Positions 1-7,082 of a stretch of 64,000 nucleotides of DNA are shown piece after piece. Numbering within the stretch: the first letter of the stretch is position 1; each line of letters opens with the position of its first letter. Source of the DNA: a virus; the IMG/VR virus record IMGVR_UViG_3300042880_000852, one strand, 5' to 3'. A program made the translations under genes and the position numbers. The notes under the pieces are model-generated. The model saw nothing but the letters and a program-made list of their open reading frames with translations, had not been told where the DNA came from and did not search any database.

Positions 1-87
1 AAATATTAACAAAGTCAAAACAATTTTTTAATTAAACATAACGGTTGGGATAATAAAACTATATATGATGTTTAGATAATAACACAA

Positions 88-411
88 ATGAAAGAATCCA
101 AGGACATACAATTCAATACAACAACAAAAGCCTTAATAAAGCTACTCAAGTATATTGATAGTATAAGAGTAGATAGCAATGGTATACAATTAAACAAAAG
201 AAGAAATACACAGAGGAAAATGCGAGAAGAAAGAGACACAGATAAAAGTAGAATATACATCCTTCAAAATGATTTGGGTGATGGTACCAAAGTGGGTACA
301 ACAATAAGAGAAATGTCTGATGGTGGATATGAAACAGAAGATGAACATTATACATATTACTGGTGGACAGAAATAGAAAATAATCCAAACTGGAAAAGAA
401 TAGACAAATGA
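88..411 (+). CDS. hypothetical protein
   Basis: 107-aa ORF; AT-rich coding context; no recognisable motif. Confidence 0.4.
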   Translation: MKESKDIQFNTTTKALIKLLKYIDSIRVDSNGIQLNKRRNTQRKMREERDTDKSRIYILQNDLGDGTKVGTTIREMSDGGYETEDEHYTYYWWTEIENNPNWKRIDK

Positions 412-614
412 ATAAATACGAAAAAGGATTTAAAAGATATAGAAGATTCATAGAAAGAATGTCAGGATGGGAAACTGTTTATGCAGGATTGTCTTATGAA
501 ACATTCTGTACCTATGTAGACCTAGGAAAAAATCCTTATGTAAAGTATGTAATCATGGGTGAGAATGATTCTATGTTTATAGACAACTATATAAGAAAAC
601 ATAAGATGATATGA
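408..614 (+). CDS. hypothetical protein
   Basis: 68-aa ORF whose start overlaps the upstream stop (ATGA); followed by an intrinsic terminator. Confidence 0.4.
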   Translation: MNKYEKGFKRYRRFIERMSGWETVYAGLSYETFCTYVDLGKNPYVKYVIMGENDSMFIDNYIRKHKMI

Positions 615-641
615 AACCCTGAGTAACATCAGGGTTTTTTA
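614..641 (+). terminator. rho-independent terminator
   Basis: hairpin aaccctga/tcagggtt followed by a T6 run. Confidence 0.6.
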
Positions 642-662
642 TGCCATATAAAATTAAATTAT

Positions 663-670
663 TATATTTG
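663..670 (+). promoter_or_regulatory. TAnnTTTG (Bacteroidota -7-like) motif upstream of ATG 675
   Basis: TATATTTG 4 nt upstream of the start codon; the same motif recurs before many genes in this window. Confidence 0.45.
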
Positions 671-674
671 TAGT

Positions 675-863
675 ATGATATTCAGAAAAGGAGACATATA
701 CAAAAATACCCATAGTGAGGGTCTTGTTTATATAACAGAAGTAAACAATAACAAATATAAATTGGAATGGACAAACACTGATGGAACAAAGGTAGAGAAA
801 TGGTATATACATGAATTCTTATCCATGTGCGTTAATAAAGGCTTTATGAAATTAGTATCTTAA
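675..863 (+). CDS. small protein, K-G-D-I-Y family (paralog of 2467..2778)
   Basis: N-terminus M-IFRKGDIYKN aligns with LIKKGDIYRN of ORF 2467. Confidence 0.45.
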   Translation: MIFRKGDIYKNTHSEGLVYITEVNNNKYKLEWTNTDGTKVEKWYIHEFLSMCVNKGFMKLVS

Positions 864-929
864 CTCTACTTTAATAGTTAATCAGGTTTATTTGATTATA
901 TACGATAAACTATCGTTTATTGTCACCTT

Positions 930-1500
930 AATTAACTAAATGTGTGGAAGTCATCGATCCGTACAATAGGCAACGCCCGCTGCCAAAGCCAGTAAAAATC
1001 TCGATCCTACTATAGTTGCATAGGCAAAATAGGCAAGGGTGTGGTAAATAGTGGTAGAAAGTGGTGAGATGTGTTACAAAAGTGCTGGGCAATACAAAAG
1101 GGAACTGACCCCTTCGCGAGCCTTCCCCTAAATTTCCTGACAAAATAACAATGATCCGTGGACTGACAGTATGACAGGCCAAGAAAAGCGTATGTACCAT
1201 AATCCCACTAAACTGGGATTCTGTTTCAAGAGCCATAACCCAGCTAAAATGGGTAGTGACAGACTGTCATGTTAGGAGCGACCATTCAGAGGACAGTTGT
1301 CGAAAACCCGTTGCCACCATTTGAAGTTGTAGGGCGGTGACGATAACGAGCTACGTTATACAATTCCCTGAGAACGAGGTAAAGGTTCACTGTTTGTTTA
1401 AGGTACAAACACAACTTATAAAAAACCTCCAACAACCATTACCTTACTAAGATTAGTTTTTATTAGACAGTGGTACATTCGGTCTCTCGGTTGGGCTACG
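930..1500. other. GC-rich (about 45%) non-coding island with multiple hairpins; candidate large structured RNA
   Basis: abrupt GC rise in a 30%-GC genome; no credible ORF; stems such as aatccca..tgggatt and gacagactgtc; the class (intron or large ncRNA) cannot be assigned by eye. Confidence 0.3.
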
Positions 1501-1571
1501 AGATATTATCATTCCACTGTTACCGTCTTTTAGATCATCAATCTTTGTGTTGATGTCTTTTTCTCTTCAAA

Positions 1572-1748
1572 TTATTTTTTAAACTTATCAATCATTGGTG
1601 GAACTTCATATTGTTCCACGTAGACATTGTTGGTACCCAAAGCTTCAGCTCTTGCGTAAGCGTATAACGCACTTGGACTCCAATATTTTTCACCATCTTT
1701 TGTTTTATAAGAGTAGATGGACTCTATGTTATTATCTTTCTCAATCAT
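1572..1748 (-). CDS. small hypothetical protein (58 aa; absent from the track because it is under 60 aa)
   Basis: reverse-strand ORF MIEKDNNIESIYSYKTKDGEKYW...; TATATTTG motif (1753-1760, minus) immediately upstream. Confidence 0.3.
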   Translation of the reverse strand: MIEKDNNIESIYSYKTKDGEKYWSPSALYAYARAEALGTNNVYVEQYEVPPMIDKFKK

Positions 1749-1784
1749 AGTACAAATATACTGTTTTTTATTTTATGAATCAAA

Positions 1785-2288
1785 TTAATTTTGAATTAAT
1801 CTATAAGTTTTAATTAAGCTAAAATCAACCAAGGTTACTGATTCAACTTTAATACCCCAGTCTTCAACCATTACTTTTGATTTTTCTGTAATTAATGTAT
1901 CTAACTTTGTGGCATCACCCCATGTAAAATCTTCTATTACATTTTTAATTACGCCTTGTACAGTATCAACCAATACATCTCTTGCGCTATTAACCGAAAT
2001 TAAATATTTCTTTGGGTCCTCAATCTTATAACGGATAATGCCCTTTAATACAATATTCTTGTTATCCTTGGTGGTTAAAGTTTGTGATAATAAATCAACC
2101 GTTTGTGGCACGGTATGAACAACCCAAAACTGATCAATAAATGGGATTTTAAAATTTAATCCAGGTTGGGTGGATTTTAAAAACTTGCCAGCTCTCATAT
2201 GAATGCCACCTTCCCATTCATTAATAATTCTAACGGGTATTACCTCGTCTTTTAAATTTAAAACAAAATCAATTAACTTATCAAACAT
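1785..2288 (-). CDS. SPFH/band-7 (stomatin/prohibitin-like) domain protein
   Basis: PGLNFKIPFIDQ...TKDN..I.L...I.YKI.DP.KY pattern typical of the SPFH domain; TATATTTG (2293-2300, minus) just upstream of the ATG. Confidence 0.55.
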   Translation of the reverse strand: MFDKLIDFVLNLKDEVIPVRIINEWEGGIHMRAGKFLKSTQPGLNFKIPFIDQFWVVHTVPQTVDLLSQTLTTKDNKNIVLKGIIRYKIEDPKKYLISVNSARDVLVDTVQGVIKNVIEDFTWGDATKLDTLITEKSKVMVEDWGIKVESVTLVDFSLIKTYRLIQN

Positions 2289-2315
2289 GGTACAAATATA
2301 CAGTATATTAATTTA

Positions 2316-2405
2316 TTGGCCAAATAAATCTTATATGACATTGTGTCATATATTAAAATATAAGGCACGGTTGGCGCTGGATTCCCTCCTGTTATGATTG
2401 GCCAA
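2316..2405. promoter_or_regulatory. operator-like palindrome cluster
   Basis: ATTGGCCAA at 2315-2325 and 2397-2406 flank the perfect inverted repeat TATGACA-ttg-TGTCATA (2334-2350); located between divergent genes. Confidence 0.35.
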
Positions 2406-2431
2406 TCACTATACAAATATAAAAAAATTTT

Positions 2432-2460
2432 TTGACATGGTAAAATAATTTAAGTATTAT
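2432..2460 (+). promoter_or_regulatory. sigma70-like promoter, TTGACA-N17-TATTAT
   Basis: TTGACA 2432-2437, 17-nt spacer, TATTAT 2455-2460, about 7 nt before the GTG start at 2467. Confidence 0.4.
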
Positions 2461-2466
2461 TATGCT

Positions 2467-2778
2467 GTGTTAATTAAAAAAGGTGACATATATAGAAATC
2501 GAGAAACTAATATCGCATGCTTTATCCGACAGGTAAAGAATGATTCATGCCAAGTGGTATGGTCTTTTAAATCTGAACGAGGCGTTGGACATTGGGGTCG
2601 ACCATTACAAGAAGTAATAGAAGGCCCTGATGGTTATATGGAATATAGATGTATAAAGAAACATTCTGAAGTATTAAACGAAATGAGTATGGGCTACCTT
2701 AATACAGAATCATATGGTTACGAAGATACCTTTATACTCAACTGGATTCCCCAACATACTTTTATTGCCGCTATATAA
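2467..2778 (+). CDS. small protein, K-G-D-I-Y family; GTG start
   Basis: GTG start supported by alignment with the N-terminus of paralog 675..863. Confidence 0.4.
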   Translation: MLIKKGDIYRNRETNIACFIRQVKNDSCQVVWSFKSERGVGHWGRPLQEVIEGPDGYMEYRCIKKHSEVLNEMSMGYLNTESYGYEDTFILNWIPQHTFIAAI

Positions 2779-2798
2779 ATTATCCTTATCTTTGTTAT

Positions 2799-3248
2799 AT
2801 GATAGGATATTGGAAAAACGGTCACAGACCCATTACAACAACAGGGAATAACTTTATGGAGAACTTTGTTTTCCTAACTCCCAACTTTGGCATATTAATG
2901 TTTGTATTATTGATAGGCATACCAATTGCCTTTATCTACAACATAGTTAGCCCAACCAATACATATAAGTTTGAAGATTACCATAACTACTTAAAGATTA
3001 CATATCAAACAAGTGGTGATGAGGTAACAGGCACAATAGAAAAAATATGGGATGATAATGATAACAACTATCATGTTGATACCAAGTTTAAGGGCAAGAT
3101 AAATGGGAATACCCTAACCGTTGAATTGGAAAGCCCTTCAGTTAGAAAAGATGTTGGTGGACCTGTATGGGATTTAAATAAGATGGTTACATTAACAGTT
3201 AACAATAATAAGATTTACTTTGATGGTATTGAGGCAGAAAAGATTTGA
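2799..3248 (+). CDS. membrane-anchored protein (alternative start at 2856)
   Basis: hydrophobic helix FVFLTPNFGILMFVLLIGIPIAFIY followed by a soluble domain. Confidence 0.45.
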   Translation: MIGYWKNGHRPITTTGNNFMENFVFLTPNFGILMFVLLIGIPIAFIYNIVSPTNTYKFEDYHNYLKITYQTSGDEVTGTIEKIWDDNDNNYHVDTKFKGKINGNTLTVELESPSVRKDVGGPVWDLNKMVTLTVNNNKIYFDGIEAEKI

Positions 3249-3345
3249 TAGTCTCAAGTATTATAACTATATTTGTATATGAGTAAGAAGAAACATAAAG
3301 GCAAGAAGAAAGTATTCATTTGGGCCGAATAATATATAAAAGAAT

Positions 3346-3432
3346 ATGAACGTAGAAATAATATTAGCAATAAGCGTACCGATAGTTTTGTTCGGTGTGG
3401 GCATAGTAGTTAAGTTAAGGGATAAAAAGTAA
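3346..3432 (+). CDS. 28-aa hydrophobic micro-peptide (putative)
   Basis: MNVEIILAISVPIVLFGVGIVVKLRDKK, a single transmembrane-like helix; precedes the GC island. Confidence 0.25.
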   Translation: MNVEIILAISVPIVLFGVGIVVKLRDKK

Positions 3433-3580
3433 ACCTGACATATTGACAGGGTGGGCTAGACCCCATGGCCACCCCGCTGGGGTATGGCCCCCAGCTACCC
3501 TGCCGGTATCCCCCCTCCCCTAGGGAGAGCCCCCAGGGCCACAAAGGGGGGCTCGGTTCCGTTTTCAGATCTCGGGTTTG
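3433..3580. other. GC-rich (about 60-65%) island with nested palindromes
   Basis: ctgggg-tatggc-ccccag hairpin; CCCTAGGG palindrome; gagccccc/ggggggctc stem; C-tracts; very atypical for this genome. Confidence 0.3.
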
Positions 3581-3585
3581 CCAAT

Positions 3586-3673
3586 AAAAATTTTCCGGGA
3601 AAAATTCTCCCTAAAAATCGAGCGTATCCCCCATGTAATTCTAAAACCCCATAAAAAATTTCCGGAAAAATTT
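3586..3673 (+). promoter_or_regulatory. pair of near-palindromic operator-like sites, AAAAATTTTCCGGGAAAAATT and AAAAAATTTCCGGAAAAATTT
   Basis: two near-identical 21-mers (3586-3606 and 3653-3673) centred on TTCCGGAA, about 67 bp apart, upstream of TATATTTG (3695-3702) and ATG 3707. Confidence 0.4.
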
Positions 3674-3706
3674 GTCTATAAATTTCCTCTTATGTATATT
3701 TGTCTT

Positions 3707-4270
3707 ATGGAACATAAAATTATAAACACAGGGGATTATTTGCTAATAGTAGATGAAGATGTATATTCTATCAAAAATGGTGACTATTGTTATGACCTAG
3801 TAACTAAATCTATAAGACAATGGATTTCTGAAGATAGAGCCTTTATAGAGTTAAGAAAAATCATATCTCATTTACCACTCAACAACTCACCAATACTTAA
3901 AGGTGTAGATTTATTACCACCACTTGAAGATGATATTATAGGAAAACCTTTAGATAACTATATAAGAGAAAGGCATAATCAAGATGAGTGTGTTGGTTTT
4001 ATAGATGGCTACAACAAAGCCAAAGAGAAATATAAGTACACAGAGGAGGATGTTATGAAAGCATATGATTTTGGTAGTAATGCTTTATTGGGTGTATCTA
4101 AAAATAGTCTTATCCAATCCCTCCAACAACCAAAGATGCCTGTTGGGTTTAAGTGTAAAACAGATTGTTGTTATAGGTGTATTGAGGGACTAGATGAATG
4201 TAATCCAAATTTATTAACAACAACCAACTCACAAGGTTTTACTCAATGGGTAGGAGAATGGATTTATTAA
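3707..4270 (+). CDS. hypothetical protein (start moved to the ATG after the TAnnTTTG motif)
   Basis: track ORF begins at TTG 3578 inside the repeat/GC region; ATG 3707 is in frame and preceded by TATATTTG. Confidence 0.5.
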   Translation: MEHKIINTGDYLLIVDEDVYSIKNGDYCYDLVTKSIRQWISEDRAFIELRKIISHLPLNNSPILKGVDLLPPLEDDIIGKPLDNYIRERHNQDECVGFIDGYNKAKEKYKYTEEDVMKAYDFGSNALLGVSKNSLIQSLQQPKMPVGFKCKTDCCYRCIEGLDECNPNLLTTTNSQGFTQWVGEWIY

Positions 4271-4671
4271 ACAAAACTAATATGAAAAATGAATTTGTAA
4301 TATACGAACAAGCATTAGCTTTAAAAGAATTAGGATTTGATGAACCTTGTTTAGCATTTTATTCTCCTAAAGAAGAATTATATCCTGTATTTCAAGAACC
4401 ATCAAAAGGACCTTATTTCAATAATGGAAGTTTTATAGAAACTTTAAGAGCACCACTTTACCAACAAGCATTTAGATGGTTTAGAGAGAAACACAATCTA
4501 GTATTCAACTTTATAAGTTATAATATTGTAAAACCTGGAGAATATCATTGGTCTATAACATGGAATGATGAAGCTAAAGCATCAGGTATAGTTAAAACAT
4601 ATGAAGAAGCAGAACAAGCTTGTTTATCTAAACTTATAGAAATAGTAAATGACAAACGAAGAAATTCATAA
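4246..4671 (+). CDS. hypothetical protein
   Basis: 141-aa ORF overlapping its neighbours by a few codons. Confidence 0.45.
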   Translation: MGRRMDLLNKTNMKNEFVIYEQALALKELGFDEPCLAFYSPKEELYPVFQEPSKGPYFNNGSFIETLRAPLYQQAFRWFREKHNLVFNFISYNIVKPGEYHWSITWNDEAKASGIVKTYEEAEQACLSKLIEIVNDKRRNS

Positions 4672-4969
4672 TATTGAAGTTGGTGATAAGCTTTATGTTG
4701 ACCATAAGATTCATAAAAGAATTTTTAATGGTGATTGGTTTATTGTCTATAAGCCTGATAAATTCTATACCGTTTTTGAAATTGATAAAACAAAAGATTA
4801 TATTAAATTAACCACTGCTTCTGAATTGAGTTTGAATAAGCTTGTTGTTTATAAATCTTCTAATGTTAAAATTCCCATTTCCATTCCCACTCTTTATATG
4901 CAACATTTTAAATTGCTTAAGAAAAAAGATTATGAATTTATTAATATCGATTATTTTGCTCAGATATAG
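4649..4969 (+). CDS. hypothetical protein
   Basis: 106-aa ORF. Confidence 0.4.
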   Translation: MTNEEIHNIEVGDKLYVDHKIHKRIFNGDWFIVYKPDKFYTVFEIDKTKDYIKLTTASELSLNKLVVYKSSNVKIPISIPTLYMQHFKLLKKKDYEFINIDYFAQI

Positions 4970-4997
4970 ATATTTATCTATATAAAAGAAACTTAAT

Positions 4998-5324
4998 ATG
5001 GAAAAAAATATAAAAATAGTTAGGCTAACTGAAAACGATTTGGAGCGTATGGTTAAAAAAATTATAAAAGAAGATTCAGTTGAGCTTACCACTGTTAGGC
5101 TAATTGATGATACTTATGATTTACTAACAACTTTGGGTTATGAATATGTTGAAGATTTATATATTCAGGATTTGTATGAGGCCGCAGAAGTATTGGAGGA
5201 TGAATTATATGATGGTGATCATGGTCCTAATATGAATAAAGAAATTGAAGATTTGTTAACAAACATTTATGAAATAATTGGTTATCCTGATGAGGCCGAA
5301 GATTGGGATGAATCTGAATATTAA
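4998..5324 (+). CDS. small acidic protein with conserved N-terminal leader (VRLTENDLERMVKKIIKED)
   Basis: N-terminus matches the leaders of ORFs 55865 and 63068; the leader ends in I-K-E (an I/L-x-E motif). Confidence 0.5.
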   Translation: MEKNIKIVRLTENDLERMVKKIIKEDSVELTTVRLIDDTYDLLTTLGYEYVEDLYIQDLYEAAEVLEDELYDGDHGPNMNKEIEDLLTNIYEIIGYPDEAEDWDESEY

Positions 5325-5325
5325 C

Positions 5326-5760
5326 ATGAGAAAAAGAGATAAACTAAAAGCCATTAATGAGGCCAACCAAAGATTGGAGGAAAAGTGGTATCATACTTTG
5401 GCTACAACCGCTGCTTTACTTGCCTCTAGTCAGGGAGAATTAAAAGCACAAAATCAGCAAGATTATAAAAGTCATGAAATTGAACAAGTAACTGAAACTA
5501 AAGCTCAAAAGGAAATTAAAGCAATGATGGTCATTGGTCAGGATAATACAATTCCTTCTGTATATGTTGTTGGTAAATCACCAGATATTGCAACGGCAAA
5601 AAAAATAGCCTTAATGAATGCCAAACAAGAACTTATTAAGAAATATAAAGAAAACAAAGATATCTTTAAAAATCTTGGTATGTCAGATATGGGTATTAAA
5701 GCCGAGGTTATAAATAAAACCGAAGATGGAATTGAATATCATATCTTATTTGGCAAGTAA
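5326..5760 (+). CDS. hypothetical protein
   Basis: ATG 5326 in frame within track ORF 5278..5760; followed by a hairpin and T-run at about 5775-5812. Confidence 0.45.
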   Translation: MRKRDKLKAINEANQRLEEKWYHTLATTAALLASSQGELKAQNQQDYKSHEIEQVTETKAQKEIKAMMVIGQDNTIPSVYVVGKSPDIATAKKIALMNAKQELIKKYKENKDIFKNLGMSDMGIKAEVINKTEDGIEYHILFGK

Positions 5761-5918
5761 AAAATTTTTATAATTAATTAATCCCATGGGCATTCTCTGT
5801 GGGATTTTTTGTTTTATCTAATATGTGGAAATGGTTTTTGATGTCCGGAATCCGTCTTTTATCCCCCTACCCCCTTTTTTTATTTGGTCATTTAATTTAT
5901 TCTTCTTATATTTGTCTT

Positions 5919-6155
5919 ATGAAAACATTTGTTAAAATTTTATTGTTCGTTTCTTTTATTATGTCATTTATTTTTGTGGGTGGTGTGGTTGTGGATGGTC
6001 TGATGGCTTTGTTTCCCGTTTCTGCTAGTGAATGGTTTCCCGTTATCAGATTTATCTTGTGGATATTTACCTTTACCTTTAATTTAATTTTAACTTTTAT
6101 TTTATATTTTATATTGGTTTATATTATTTCTGTGGTAATGAGTTTGTTGATGTAA
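5919..6155 (+). CDS. small multi-pass membrane protein
   Basis: TATATTTG at 5907-5914, then ATG 5919; about three hydrophobic helices. Confidence 0.45.
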   Translation: MKTFVKILLFVSFIMSFIFVGGVVVDGLMALFPVSASEWFPVIRFILWIFTFTFNLILTFILYFILVYIISVVMSLLM

Positions 6156-6183
6156 AATAAAATTATTATATTTGTATTAATAA

Positions 6184-6432
6184 ATGGAGGTAGGCAGAAA
6201 ATATAAATTTAAAGATTCGTTAAACTTTGAATCTATTAGAGGTTATGAATTTATCTTTTTGGGCTTTACCGGCCGACACAATGATACTTGTGTGGCCAAT
6301 CTTATTATTGGTGGATTACCTAGTCCTGTTTGTAAACATTTTAATACTATTTCTTGGGATTTATTGGTTGAACCCGATTATGTACCACCCATACAAGGTG
6401 AATCAAGATTAATTTTTAGATTTATTCGTTAA
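6184..6432 (+). CDS. hypothetical protein
   Basis: TATATTTG at 6167-6174 upstream; 82 aa. Confidence 0.4.
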   Translation: MEVGRKYKFKDSLNFESIRGYEFIFLGFTGRHNDTCVANLIIGGLPSPVCKHFNTISWDLLVEPDYVPPIQGESRLIFRFIR

Positions 6433-6644
6433 TGGAAATAGTTAAGGTTATAATTAGAAAGGCAACATTACCAACTTATTGGTATGCCGATAAAATAGGA
6501 CAAGTCTTTGAATGTTATCAACGTGGTTCAAATCAATACCAAGTTGTGGAACATAAAGGTTCGGTTTGTTTTATTGTTGCTGACGATTGTATTCCTACTG
6601 ATTGTATTGGTCGTAAACCAATTAAAAGATTAAAATTAATATAA
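6432..6644 (+). CDS. hypothetical protein
   Basis: tightly packed 70-aa ORF whose start overlaps the previous stop. Confidence 0.35.
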   Translation: MEIVKVIIRKATLPTYWYADKIGQVFECYQRGSNQYQVVEHKGSVCFIVADDCIPTDCIGRKPIKRLKLI

Positions 6645-6829
6645 TGGAAAGACAAGAAGGATATTATTGGGTTAAATATAAAACAGGACATCAAATTGCT
6701 TATTGGGGTGTATGGATATCAAGTAAATTTGCTTGGTTTTGTATAGGAAGTGAAGAACAATATGAAGATTCGGATTTTGAACACATTAATGAAATAAGAA
6801 TTAAACAACCTGGGGAGTTACCTGATTAA
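6644..6829 (+). CDS. hypothetical protein
   Basis: 61-aa ORF in an operon-like array. Confidence 0.3.
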   Translation: MERQEGYYWVKYKTGHQIAYWGVWISSKFAWFCIGSEEQYEDSDFEHINEIRIKQPGELPD

Positions 6830-6832
6830 ACT

Positions 6833-7072
6833 ATGATTGAAGTAGGTCGATATTCTTTTTACGGTGTTACGCATATTAACGTCATGGATATTAAATATGA
6901 AGATGGTGATGTCCACTATTTTGTTCAACCCGATGTAAACCCTGAAGGTTGGTGGGTTAATTCTAATAATATGAAACGTATCTGTACTGATTTTAATTTA
7001 ACGTATGTCGGTCCTTATGTCCCCATCCAACCAAAACCTTATCTAAAGGAATTTCGTTTTCCTGTCGACTAA
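6833..7072 (+). CDS. hypothetical protein
   Basis: 79-aa ORF. Confidence 0.35.
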   Translation: MIEVGRYSFYGVTHINVMDIKYEDGDVHYFVQPDVNPEGWWVNSNNMKRICTDFNLTYVGPYVPIQPKPYLKEFRFPVD

Positions 7073-7082
7073 TTTTATTTTC

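Noticed and set aside
928-1236. ORF 928..1236(-), 102 aa, inside the GC-rich island
   Set aside because: Its composition and codon usage are unlike the rest of the genome, and it has no promoter motif. The region is more consistent with a structured non-coding element.
3578-3706. N-terminal extension of ORF 3578..4270 starting at TTG
   Set aside because: The extension would be translated across the operator-like palindromes and the promoter motif. ATG 3707 preceded by TATATTTG is the better start.
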